This document shows positions 12,750 to 24,959 of a stretch of DNA of 64,000 bases, in pieces. The notes beneath the pieces are model-generated. The model saw nothing but the letters and a program-made list of their open reading frames with translations. It was not told the origin of the DNA and searched no databases. The stretch is from Haplodiscus bocki (Eukaryota): the NCBI GenBank assembly GCA_965655095.1, contig OZ296656.1, positions 16,554,001 to 16,618,000 on the forward strand, in the 5' to 3' direction. The position numbers and the translations under genes were made by a program. Positions within the stretch are counted from its first letter, which is position 1, and every line of letters starts with the position of its first letter.

Positions 12750-14700
12750 TCAAGGCTCGACGTGAATTGCTGATGTTTCTGAATTGTTGAAAGTTCGTTT
12801 CGATACTTTTTGACGGTATCGCATAATTTTTCAAGAGCAAAGTTATGGCTTCTCAGGCAATTGATAATAATTGTTCTTTCTAAGTTTGGTGAGATATCAA
12901 ATCTTGTTAAGTTGTTGCTTGGAACTTCAATATAATTGACTTTGAATGTTTTTGTTTGTTTTTTTCCGATTTTAGCGAAGAAATTGTTTCATGGTCAACT
13001 TTTGTTCTTCTTCCTTCCGGAGCAAAGTCATCCGGAATCATCTGAGAAGTTTGCGCAAACCGAATTCGGTCATCCGTTTTCATTTACCTGCAAAAAATTG
13101 TTGGGGTGTCTTTTGCAGCGCCCTTGCCCACCATCAAGGCAAACTTAGCTCGTGCGGTTACGAATAAACTAAAGGTACACAAATTACCTATTCACTGTTT
13201 CAACACTTACCGAATACCCTTTGTTTTTTGGAAGTGGTCAGCCAAAGTTCAATGATGGCATTGCCTTCATCTTGGTATAGCACCTTAAAGTTTATATTCA
13301 GAAGCGGTGATGTTTTTTTCCCGCGCGAAAGATTTTGGGATATAAATCGAATTTTTTCCTTGCGCTGTTCGTTGAAACTTTCTGTTGATGAGCAGTCGTT
13401 GGATTGTGTCCCTCTCGGATTTTTTCAACTAGTGATCAGCCGAACTTTTTACCAAGGAGCTGTGTTGATCTATTTCATATTTTGTAGTGTGAATTAACTT
13501 TTCAGCTGATCATTCTTTTTTGTTGTCATCTTTCGTTAAATCTTTTTGTTTCTTAACGACTGGTGCTTGGATTGCCTCAATCGCGTACTTATTCAACTGC
13601 TTAAAACCTTTAGGAACTGTCAAGCAGTAGAAAAGTTTTGTGTTTGGTGTGTACTCGGAAAGTGTTGACTTGGAAAAACCTTTTTTTAAAGCCATCTTCC
13701 ATTAAAACGGTTTTTCGTAATCACCAGCTGTCGGATCGCGTGATTCTCGATCCGATTGAACTACGCAGTACCGGAGTTGTCCATTTTGGAACATCTCGAA
13801 AAATCCTCTTCAATTGAGAATTGGAGTATATTTTTTTCTGCGGCGTTGGTCAAATGTTTTTTTTTTCTTGAAAATGAACTTGGTTGCATTGAGTCCATCA
13901 AGCGTTGGTATGACTACTCGTTGCACCGAGCTTCCTGCGAGTAATCTGACTGACGTGTCTTATAGTTATACGCTCGAAATTTGTAGCTTGTAATCGAAAA
14001 TTGTCGTTTGTGTTCTTTCATACTGTTTTTCTCCTCAACTGAAGGTCGGATTGCGTCCACCGAGTGCTTGCTCGAAGTAGCTCCTATACCGACTTAGAAA
14101 TTTTTTTGGAGAATAACGGGAATTGTCCAATTTGTGGATGTTTTTTAGCGTGTAATTTGATGATCAACCAAGGTTTCAACTGCGTTTTTATTGAAGTGTT
14201 ATTTTTGAAGTTTGCCGATGGAATTGCGTTTGTGCGGACTCTAAAAGATATGCAAACTAAACGTCGTTCTCGGTTGAGCACATTCTTCCAGACGAATGCT
14301 ATTTTTTACGCGGAAAATCAAAGGTGTTTTACCTTGCGTCTTTGGTGGAAATTGATTTTCTCGGAAACTATCAAAAGCAATCCGTTCAACCGGAGATGAT
14401 TTGAGCATAAATGAAAGCGACGCCTCGTAGTGGCTATTCGAAGTATCTGGGATATTTCTTTTCAGAGTTTCAAAACGAGACAGTTTTACTTCTGTTTGGA
14501 AGGGAAGCGAAGTTTTCATCTGTTTCAAAAATATTTCTTTTATCCGAAGATTGTTCGTGCAACTTCCGGCTGCAAATACGTTCAGTAGTCTCGCAAGTGT
14601 TGCGAAATTCAGCTTGACTTCCTGGTAACACTTGCAGCTTGCAATTGTTATGAAATAGTTTCGTCAACCACTTTTCAGCCGATCATTTCTAAACTTGCAT
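12750..14700 (-). mobile_element. Highly decayed LTR-retrotransposon pol remnant (BEL/Pao-like), copy 1
   Basis: Shares sequence with 24960-26400 (tactttttgacggtatcgcata near 12804 and 25012; ggattgcgtcc near 14048 and 25933). Minus-strand remnants only faintly resemble BEL/Pao RT and RNase H motifs. No intact ORF. Confidence 0.4.
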
Positions 14701-15134
14701 CGTCTGTTCACTAATATGGTAGTCGAAATTTGACTGGAAAACGACATCACTCGCTCGCTTGCTTGGTCGAGCAGTCCCCTCTGCATAAGAATTGAATCAG
14801 AAATTTTTAAACGCGTCAGCAGTGAACTATCTAGTAGTGTGGATTGGGATTAACCGAATGTGTAGTGTCAACCAATTGATATTTCACGCTAAAATCATGT
14901 TTTTGTTAGACATTCATTTTTCGGAATGCAAACATCCGCAGTTCCTTCAAAAACCGCTATATGAACAATCTGTAGAGAGGCAGGAGTTTGTCATGCTTTG
15001 GTCTTGAATTCCTTTATTACTTCGAAAAATACCGTCGCAAGTGTTTGCGAAGCACAGCTTCACCTCTTTGCCACTATGTTCGTTACTGATCTCCCTCTAA
15101 TTTACAAGATCTCATTGTTGTTCGTTGTTTCAAG

Positions 15135-15302
15135 TTGTATCTTGTGGATGTGAAGACAGAAGAGAAAGTGACCATGCTGGACTACTGCCAGTTTGTGCAA
15201 TGGGTGCCTCAGAGTGACGTGGTCGTGGCACAGAATAGGGAGTTCCTATGTGTCTGGTACAACATCGACTCACCCGACAAAGTCTCTATGTTTCCCATCA
15301 AG
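15135..15302 (+). CDS. IFT172: IFT172 coding exon (first visible in window)
   Basis: LYLVDVKTEEKVTMLDYCQFVQWVPQSDVVVAQNREFLCVWYNIDSPDKVSMFPIK matches the recalled IFT172 motif [23 protein letters not shown]. caag acceptor, gttaaa donor, phase 0/0. Confidence 0.93.
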
Positions 15303-16123
15303 GTTAAAATTGAATTATGTTATCTGTAGGGAGTCGTACATGAGCTCCTATCAAGAGGTAACTAAGCTCGAGCACTGTACCCAAAGATGCACTCTTGCAA
15401 ATCATCTCTGGCTTCACAGATGCATCTCTTGACTGGTGGGTAGTAAGATGTCTTTTACCTCACAGTTCATCTTTGGCTTAATAGAAAAGTGAATTTTCAA
15501 CTCGGAGGTTTAATTCATCCATGTGAAATTTGGAAATTAGTGTGAAATGAAGGTTGGAAGAAATTTAACGCAGCTGAGGTTTAAAAGCTATAATTCCATA
15601 ACATTTTTCATAGTTTGAATCATGAATTACCAGTTATGACAGAATGGAACCGTTGAAAGCAAAAGAGTTATAAACATGCCTATGCAGGCGATAGCGGATC
15701 AATGAACAGGAAATGGATTGAGTTTTGGATACCAGAATGGCATGCCCTCTCAATACTTTTCGTTTCAGAAGTTTATTTTGTTCGAAACAAACATTGGCCG
15801 TATCAGGGACCACAGAGCGACAACAATGTTCAAATTTTTAAAAACTGAGGAGGAAATTTTGGTAATAAACACATTTTTAACAATATGTGAAAACAGGACG
15901 AACGACAAGCTTTTCCGTTTTTAACAACAAACAACTTTTTAATCAATTTTTTTTAAATTGGAAAAAAAATGAAAAATACCTTGTTGAAAAAGAGGCTGTC
16001 TTCTCGTGTTTTCCTAATATTTTTGAAGCCTTCTGCGCGTCAAGTCCGCGTAATTTGTAATTTGGCGGAAATCACCGCAGCAGGCTGTGGTCCGTTACTT
16101 GCATGGTTGTTGGCTCTTCCTCC

Positions 16124-16287
16124 TCCCCCCCCCACACACACACACACACACACGATATTTTTTTCAACTTTTGAATCAAATTGTCTTGAATTTTGGCACT
16201 ATTATTCAACACTTCTTCAAAAATATTCAAACCTGCAAAAGTCTTATTATTTTCTAATTGAAATTCAATTTGAATGAATTTCTGGCA

Positions 16288-16340
<53 letters not shown>

Positions 16341-16353
16341 GGGGGGGGGGGGG
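16124..16353. repeat. MITE-like element with inverted C-run/(CA)n ... (TA)n(TG)n/G-run termini
   Basis: The left end, a C-run followed by (ac)n, mirrors the right end, (tg)n followed by a G-run. The core (cacacgatattttttcaa..ttattcaaca..gaaattcaatt) recurs at about 29597-29770. Confidence 0.65.
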
Positions 16354-16414
16354 CAGTTTCTCTTTGTTTACCCTTTTGACTTTTGAGTGGCTTACGTGTT
16401 TGGCTCGTGCATAG

Positions 16415-16578
16415 GGTGAAGTGAGAGAAGTGTTGCGAGAACTGGTGCGAGAGAATGACGGGAGAGAGCGGGTGCAGACTAGAGTGTTGGTGGATGAGAA
16501 GCTGGACATGGCCGAATACTTGCTCGACTCTGATCTCATTGCATTCGGAGCTGCTGTCGAATCTGGACAACTCACCGC
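16415..16578 (+). CDS. IFT172: IFT172 coding exon
   Basis: GEVREV...EYLLDSDLIAFGAAVESGQLT(A) resembles YTLDEGLIEFGTAIDDG. atag acceptor, gttagc donor, phase 0/2. Confidence 0.9.
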
Positions 16579-17294
16579 GTTAGCTCTCTTAAACACTTCT
16601 TCGTGGTATCTAACTTAATTCCGTCGCACGCTGTGATACCCAAGAGTCAGAGTCATCTAAAGCCGATGAATTTACCTCAAAAGTGCGGGTTTTTGCTTTT
16701 ATACCACCACTCGGACTTTAAAATTATCTTTCCACAAACACATAAAGGATATTTTCTCCGATTGGCTCGTTTGTAAGTTGAAACATTGCACTGTTTATCC
16801 ATTCGCTGATCAATTATTCCGCGGGGGGTGTTAATTTGGTTGGGCGTGTTGAAAGAGCGAACCCAAAGTGAACTTCGTAAAGAATTTCAAATACAAGTCA
16901 TTAACAAAATCGGACATTAAATGCAACATTGCTTCCTCGAGCAAGAGTTGTGTTCAACATCAGGACCCAACTTATAAAACATTTGACCTTTTAAAAATTC
17001 TGACTGTAAAAATAGAATGTGTATTGGAAAGCGGCTTGTGCATAGTTTTTTTTATTCTGTCCAAAACTTACATTTTGTGATGTCATCAAAGCGTCCAGTC
17101 ATCTAGTATAAACTCTCAAAAGGGGCCCCATTTTGAAAGATCTTCGCTGGTGCTTGCTTATTTTCGCGTTCTGAGAAATGCACAATTTTTGAACATTGGT
17201 TTGGAAAATGAATCACAGCGTTCTAAAAGGTAATGTTTCACATAACAATGTTCTGAATATGAGACAGTGTGGGCAGTGTATAACGTGTCCCCGG

Positions 17295-17447
17295 AAAAAC
17301 GTTACATGTAAAATTTTCAAGCTCTGAAAACGATAATAAAAGTAGACAAGACATCGGAGATAAATAACTTTAAGCTGTTTTGACGTCTTGTTGACAAATA
17401 TTGGCCATTTTGAGAGCTCGAAATTTTTTTTACATGTAACGCTTTTT
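17295..17447. repeat. Short inverted-repeat element (~35-bp arms)
   Basis: aaaaacgttacatgtaaaattttcaagctctgaaaa pairs with ttttgagagctcgaaatttttttacatgtaacgctttt across a spacer of about 75 bp. Confidence 0.7.
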
Positions 17448-18038
17448 TAGGAGTCAAAGCTTTGTTCATTTTTTGGCGCTGTTTTCTGTGTAAATCTTCA
17501 AACATTGGGCCGCAAATTAGCCAAAAAGACCTATTGACAGATCAACTTTTCAAGTATCAGGCACTGTTACAGATTTTTGTTTCATTTCGACTTTTTCAAA
17601 CAACCATTTGACAGACATCTTGTGCAGAATTTCTAAAAGTTTCAATCATGTATCCGATCAAGGTTCAATTATCTCTCAGGGCCTTTGATTTGTTCAAGAT
17701 AGATCTGTGATCTCAACTCACAAGTCGGAATGTGTTGCGAAGTTACGCTTCGCCTGTGTGTGAGAGTTTTGCCTGGTATCGCGTAAATAGAAAAAACGCG
17801 AACGTAAAGATGAGTTGCGCATTAACGAAATGATGCTATTCGTAGAAGAGAAGGGTGACGTATCAACTGGACGACGCCACAGGTAACCGATTGTTCGTTG
17901 AGACGAGTTAAGCTAGTTCCTGAAATTTTAAATAGTTAAGTTAAATAATTACAATATTAAAAGTTAGGGTTCATAAAACAAAGCATTTAAAGAAGTGAAT
18001 AAATATAAAACATTAGCATTATTTCTTTTCTTGTTGGT

Positions 18039-18039
<1 letters not shown>

Positions 18040-18122
<83 letters not shown>
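18040..18122. repeat. (AG)n microsatellite, ~41 units
   Basis: Directly visible. Confidence 0.98.
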
Positions 18123-18126
<4 letters not shown>

Positions 18127-18753
18127 GAGAAATTCCCGATTATTTTTCAAACGATGAGAAAAGTTAAATTTTGCTGTATATAAGAGCTGCTGTTTACTGC
18201 ACCAAAAACTTGTTAAAACGGAGATGAAGGAAAAAATGCGTGATGGGAAAACAAATCGCTAGGTGGCGGCTATTACGAAAATGTCTACTTCACTAATCGT
18301 AGCTGTTAACGAGTGATGACTGATGTACTTCATCACTCATTTTCTACAACGAACAGATACGAGGAACGAACTGTTAATGAATTACTCTATGACAATGAGA
18401 AAAATTTAATGAAAAATATTAAAGAGTTCAGTTTGTTATAATATCAAGAAACTCGTTTTTTTATAAATGCTGGATTTTTTGACCAAAAATGGGTATAATC
18501 ATAATTTTTAATTGGTTTGGCAGTGCTGGAAATTTTCAAATTTTTAATAGGGGCGTCTTTAGTACATTCCATGTACAAAGGTCCATTCATATCAATTTTC
18601 GTATTTCACGACCAAAAATTTTGAAAACAATCGAAACTCAAAAGTCCCGAGAAATTTTCCCTTTCGTGATTTTGACACTGAACTGTTGTGTGAGAAAAAT
18701 GTGATAAACTACAAGACGCTCGTAATTATTCATTTAATAATAATAGTGTAACA

Positions 18754-19125
18754 TTGGGTCATATGGCATTGGGCATTTTGGCATTGGGTATTGTGTCACA
18801 TTAAGTAATATGGCATTGGGTATTTTGGCACTGGGTTTTATGTCCTGACAGCTATTTCGACATGTGGGATTTTATTGTGACACCACCAACATTTTAAAGC
18901 ATCAATCAACTTGAATAATTAGAGGTGTCTTGAACCTTTTAGCTTCAAGACGCTGTTAATTATTTAATTAGTATGGCTATTTCAATCTTGGGTATTTTGG
19001 GACTTTGGGTATTTTGGCCTTGGGTATTTTGGGACTTCGGGTATTTTGGGTTTGGGTATTTTGGGACTTTGGGTATTTTGGGTTTGGGTACTTTGGGCTT
19101 GGGTATTTTGAGTTTGTCCTGCCAC
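18754..19125. repeat. Two arrays of GGGTATTTTGG-core minisatellite (15-18 bp period)
   Basis: ttgggtattttggca units at 18754-18840 and ttgggtattttgggact units at 18988-19110. Each array ends in tgtcctg(a/c)cac/cag. Confidence 0.85.
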
Positions 19126-19468
19126 TGGGTGTACAATCACTAGTAAATTCAAGTATTTGAATGCCAATATTCATTTCATTTTAAATACGGCCTTCCGCTT
19201 ACAATGCATATTATTGAGGCTGAAAATTGCCACTGTCGATACATGTCGGCATAAAAATGCTGTCGATACATGTCGGCATAAAATGGCAATCTTTTTCAAT
19301 TACGACATAATTTGTACGCTGTGTGCATCTTGTTACTAATTTCCCCGTAACTTGTATTGGGGGGATATGATGGTCTCAAATTCGTTAAACTGCAACGTCG
19401 GTTAATTGATCGGTCGGCTAATTGGACGGCACTCAAAGACAAGTGAGCTAATTAATAATTTTTGACAG

Positions 19469-19622
19469 AGCTATGAACTACTTGGAGAATCTGGATGCCA
19501 CTCCCGAAACAGCTGCGCACTGGAGGACGTTGGCCAAACTGAGTTTGGATCAGCTGCGAATCCCAATCGCACAAAGATGCTACGCCGAGTTGGGCGATAT
19601 TGCTAAAGCACGCTATCTCAAA
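19469..19622 (+). CDS. IFT172: IFT172 coding exon (not in the ORF track)
   Basis: AMNYLENLDATPETAAHWRTLAKLSLDQLRIPIAQRCYAELGDIAKARYLK resembles TPETEAMWKTL..AERCFSALGQVAKARFL. gacag acceptor, gtaggt donor, phase 2/0. Confidence 0.93.
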
Positions 19623-22600
19623 GTAGGTTGAATTAGCTGCCGTCGTATTGGTCGTGAAAAATACACATCTTGAAACAGTCAACACTTTTGTCTTAGGCAT
19701 ATTTCTTTAAAGCATGCAAGTACAGGCAAGTACTATAACAAGCCCGGGCAAGTAAACATCAAAGGTGCTTTCTACGAATTTTTTCCGTCTCTGGGGCAAT
19801 CTTTTTTCTCCAAAATTCTTGATACCCCCATCCCCCCGTATGTATAAAATTTTTCGAAGCCACAAACTTTTGGAAACGCTAGAGGGCCCCTTCACGATTT
19901 TTTTTCTGCGACACGAAAAGTTTTCGACAACTTTTTGCTGATACTCACTTCGTTTTTTTCAAATCTTCACTCCCGACAGATGGGCGGCCCCGACATTGCG
20001 CTGTTCTCAGCTTGTTAGGCAATAAGCCTAGCTTGAGGACTACAATATTTATTTTCGCATCTTCGGCCTGCTGAGCGACATACAAAGTGAAGTGGATGAT
20101 TTCCTTAATTTCTTTCAAATATTTTCATGTACTTTCCTCAACGTCCTAACTACAGAAGCGTCACCTGAGCGACCATCACTTTTTACACAAGCTAGTAAGA
20201 AAGCATAGTGTATTACGGGCGGCTGTCGTCTTTTTTGTGCGTCTGGAACTCGCATTTTCTATTGAATGCACAATCGCAATGAATTTGTTCATGTGTTCTC
20301 GTTTTGTTGCAAATTTTTGCTCATGCCGCCTCAAAAATTTTACACCTGGCCTGTTGAACTACTGCGGTACATATGAAACTGTAGATTTTCTAATTCATAA
20401 TTCGACAACCGAAATTTAAGGACTTCGCAAAATGTTAATTCACGAAGTTCTTATAGTGTTGCTCGGTTTTTGTTTTCATTGAAGTTTTTTCGAACAACAT
20501 TTTGCCCTCGTCTAAAAGAAGGAATTTTGTGTCACATTTGAAAAGCTCGGAAAATGTTTTCAAAACTCATCACAGCTGCGTGCGAGTACACAGGAGGAAC
20601 CGTACGGAAAGCAGCGGTGAGAAAGTCCAAATCAAAAACTTCAAAAATTTCTACTTGTTTCTGAGTCAATACGCTTAGTTTTTCGTGCAATATGTTGGAA
20701 AAAATGAAAAGTATCTCACAAAGCTGCTAGCTGACCACAGGGAGCATCATAGTAACGGTGTGAGTGCGCAAATCAAAAAATATTTTTCGAAATCTCACCC
20801 GCCTTGGGCGGCCATTTTTTCGTTGTCTATGGTGAAAAGTTATTTTCTCGAAAACTTGTGCTCGGCTTGCATCCATCACGCCTTAATTCGATTTCTAGGT
20901 ACGTGAATTTCGCGTGGTGACAAGGAGTAGCTGTTCCATACTTTTTTGACGAACTGATTGAAATTTTCCGACTTGAAGTTGAATAATCAACGTTGCTTTT
21001 GTTTTCGTGCTTCATTAAGTAGTTTTTCGAATAAATTCTGGTTCGGATTAAATCCCCTCAGTGTGGAATCAACTACCCGTTGCCTGTTGCTTTTTTTTCT
21101 ATCGCTTCACAACTCGGATTGGTTCCTAGATTCTAATGTCTTTGATAATGTTCATCAGGCGCTCTTGCTTCCTTGCAATTATTTGTTCGTGCAATCTGGC
21201 TTAGTTGTTTAAAAAGTTGTTCTTGTGGCTTCTTTTCCAGCGTAGGCGCTTCTTTTGATTGTAAAGGGAACTAAGTGGTACAGCCGTACGTACTCGTATG
21301 TAAGTTCATAGGAAATAACTGTATTAAATGATTTTCTGTTGTATTTTTCAATCAGTAGTTCCCATAGTATGGCGCTGGCTTCAAAAATTAGTCAAAATTG
21401 GTTGATTTGTTCTTAAGTACTCCGATGTTGTAAATGTTGCGAAGCGCAACTTGGCCTTTGTGTTGGAAAGCGAAGATGTGTTCCTTTCGTCGTTCGTTGA
21501 GGGTGATATTTGACCGTTGTTCGGATTGGATCCATATCAGTGTCGAATCAATGTCTTTTTGTCGGAAGTTTGTGGCAGGAAGCCTGGATGGTCTATTTTC
21601 AAATTTTGCCGAGAAATGTCATAGCTGGTGTAGAAATGTCATAATTGCTGTTGAAATATCGAAGAAGTATTCACTTGTCCTTCATCGAAGGTTTTTTCTT
21701 GGAGACTATTGGTCAGGTGTTGTCATTTTATGTCTAAGTCCGCTAACTGCATCCCGGATTATCCATGCAGGACCAGCATTGGTTTGAGTCAGACTAAACT
21801 TCTATGGGACTTCAGTTAAACTTGTAATAGACAATTCTGAAGAGTTGTTACTCCTTCTTTCAGAAGCATTTTTCTTTGATCGCGTCCGTCAGTATAGCTT
21901 TTACGCAGTTCCTCATAACCAGCTGTTTTTCAGAGTGAGAGTAGATCTGTTGAGCGTTTTTCCATCGATTTTTTAGACGAGTGCTGAAAATCGAGGTCGA
22001 TTTTTCTTGCGTCAATTGTCCAAAATAATACTTGAATTATGCTGCATTATTGGTCAAAAGTGTTTTTGATGACTGGTTTTGAGATGTCGGTTATTGCGCG
22101 TCGTTGAACTGAAAATTGAGAGTACTTATCACTAGCAGGACATAATCTGCTAATTTTTGAATATACTGACTTTGAATCACAAAAGTTTTAGCTTTCATTA
22201 GTTTTGGTATTAGTTACGTTGTTGTTCTTTTGATAACTGTCAGCTGGAAGTCGATTCTGGTTCGCTATTGTTTGCGAAGAGTAATTTCGCCTCTGTGCTA
22301 CACGTGAGATAGCAAGGAACGTGAAGTATACGGGAGCACTTGTTCTGACCTTAAACAACTATCAATATGCATGAAATTAGCCAATTCCATACAAATTCTT
22401 GCTTGCTTACCTGAATGCTAGCTTGAAATTAATGGTAGAATATAATCTTTAATTTTGACAAGAAATTGGTTCCACAGTTGCTTAAATTGGATGGCAAATG
22501 ATTTTGTTATGATAATTTTATTAGTAATCTGGTTTTGCGAAGGAATGGCTTGTAAGCGAGTGGAGCGATAACGACGCGAGGCATCTTTAAACGGCCTTAT

Positions 22601-24959
22601 TTGAAAATTGTGGGCCGATTTTAAAATCCGCTGTTTTTTCAAGTTGGAAGATTATCGTCCGAAGCTTTTTTGACGGAACTAGAATTAGACTCAAATTAGA
22701 GACATTGGGTGTACGTAAATATTTCGATAATACTTTTAAATTTATTGTTTTGACTTTGCCTGTTGTTTGTTAACTTTCTCGCTAGTGTTTGCGAAGCATA
22801 TCTTTGGCTTTGTATTACTCTTTGCTATCAGTACTTTCAGTAATTAGAGCTACAGCGGAAAACCATCCATAGTTCTGTTCGCAACCCTACTTTTTGAAAT
22901 CGATTCGGAACTAGGCTCTAATTGACCCCTGCCTTTGACGTCTTTCTTGTTGGCTAGAGATGCCTAGTTTACAGAGTAGGTATCATATTAGCATCAGATA
23001 TTGATCACTCTGCCATCTCGACGCAAATTAGTGCTGTTTCTGTTCTGTAGCTACATGATATTCTTTCAGAAGGGTGTTTTTCTGTTTAATATGGAAACAT
23101 AGCGCACTAATAATTCAACTTTGGGATATTCCATTTTTCGGTTTTTTGAGATCAGGCAGTGTTTCAATCTGTTCCAGCCAGAGACTGGAACAGGATTTTT
23201 TCTGAATCCGGGCCGGAGATCCGGCTGGACTGGAACTCCGGTACATCCTCTAGTAGTAATTGATTTAAATATTGTCGAATTTGTAATTTAAATGTCTCAT
23301 TTTCCGTTTTTATCAATTATCAGTTTTGCCCAAATCGCTCAATTTCTTTTTTCTTATGCTTAACTCTTAGCTTTTAGTGCCTGGAAACTTGGATGGCTCC
23401 TTGCGGAAAAAAGATTCTTCAACAACCCTAAATTTCGGCCACCAACAAAATTTTGAAAAAAAACTTTATACGCATTGGTGGAACAAAATTTAGCGTGCAA
23501 TTAATGCTTATCGTGCAAAAAATCTTGATTATTGAATAAATGATATCCTTTTCAAATTTTAAATTCTTCAACTCCGGGGTCTGTGTGTCCAGAAGACAGC
23601 CGGAAAATGATAATCCCACGACATAACAACTTTTGTGGCAGTGAAGATTTCCTATCGTTTAATTTCAATAATTCATTCAATTCAAAATTTGAACCAACTT
23701 TGCAATCATGTAAATGAATAGAAATCATTGGAACTGCCCCGTAAATTTTGGAAATTATTCGATCAAAAAAATTAAATTTTTGATGGTTTTTGTAAAATTT
23801 TGTGGCCGATAGAGAAAAAACTGTATTCCTTAAAATAAGAAATCATTCCACTTTCAATAAAAAATATTTTTAGTTTCAAAAAGACCGTGAACAAATATCA
23901 ATGGGAAAATTCTCTAGTAACAAACCTTTTTTTTCACCTGCTTGGACTAAAAGTGATTTTCCAATGGCATTTTACTGTTCAAGTGACCGCAAAACTAGTT
24001 GATTGTTCCCGACGCTGAATTGTTGATTGTATTGTTATGTGGAATCATTAAGCTGGCAACGCCAGCTTGTGACGATTGACGTTTTCGCCTGGTTGTTAAA
24101 ACAACTCGCCTTAACAAATACCTTGGATAAAGAGTAATGGTCGAAATCGCTGAAATCCAATAATGTTTTCTGTGGCGTTTTTAATGTAGAAAATATGAGG
24201 TGATAAGATTAATCAAAAGATGGGGCCTTCGAAAACGATAGTCAGTTATCCATCTGAATTTTTTTGCAGAGATTTTTTTCGTTAACCCAACTAATTCCAG
24301 CCAATCGAAGTTCAGATTTTCTTGAAGGAACCATGGATCTCTATTTTCATTCCTATTATGGAAAATATCTAAGTTTATACTTCAAAACTTGGATGGTTTA
24401 ACGGCAAAATAATGTTTCCTAAGATGATTTCCTTGAAATTTACCAATCAAATTGAAATTATCATTTTTTTCAATCTTTCGGTCCATGTGTTGAAAGCCAG
24501 GGATCTTAACTTTCAAACCTCAACTGGAGAATATTCGAGTTGAAGCTTCGGAGATTAGTTCTATTTTTTTGCAGAAAGGTATTTTCGAAAGTGAATCTCT
24601 TGAATACTTGTGTCCGGATTGTTTTCATCAGATTTTACTTCAAATACTTGAAGGTCGGTAAATTTATTGTGAGTCAGGGGTCTCCGTTTTCATATTTTAC
24701 GTTTCAAGTTTCTAACTTTACACTGCGGAATTCATACTATTCTTCAGCAGAATTGTGTTTGCCAAAGTTTTTTCGACACTATTGATGGGATGAAGATTCG
24801 TATTGTGCTCCTTTTGGGTTGTCAGCTGAGCAAAACTTCTATTCGCCTGTTTACAGTTGCTTTCTTACTCGAGTTTTGCATATCTGTTGGAATTTTGTAA
24901 TTTTGACCACTCCTGTTTTCAGTTTCTCGGTCTTATCTGTTCGAACACAATTTTTCAAA

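Noticed and set aside
15969-16596. ORFs with PPPP-THTHTH tracts
   Set aside because: Produced by C-run/(CA)n microsatellites and by the antisense of an IFT172 exon.
18977-19174. PKYPK / QNTQ repeat ORFs
   Set aside because: Translations of the GGGTATTTTGG minisatellite, with no splice or homology support.
19232-19285. 27-bp direct duplication ctgtcgatacatgtcggcataaaa
   Set aside because: Simple local tandem duplication in an intron.
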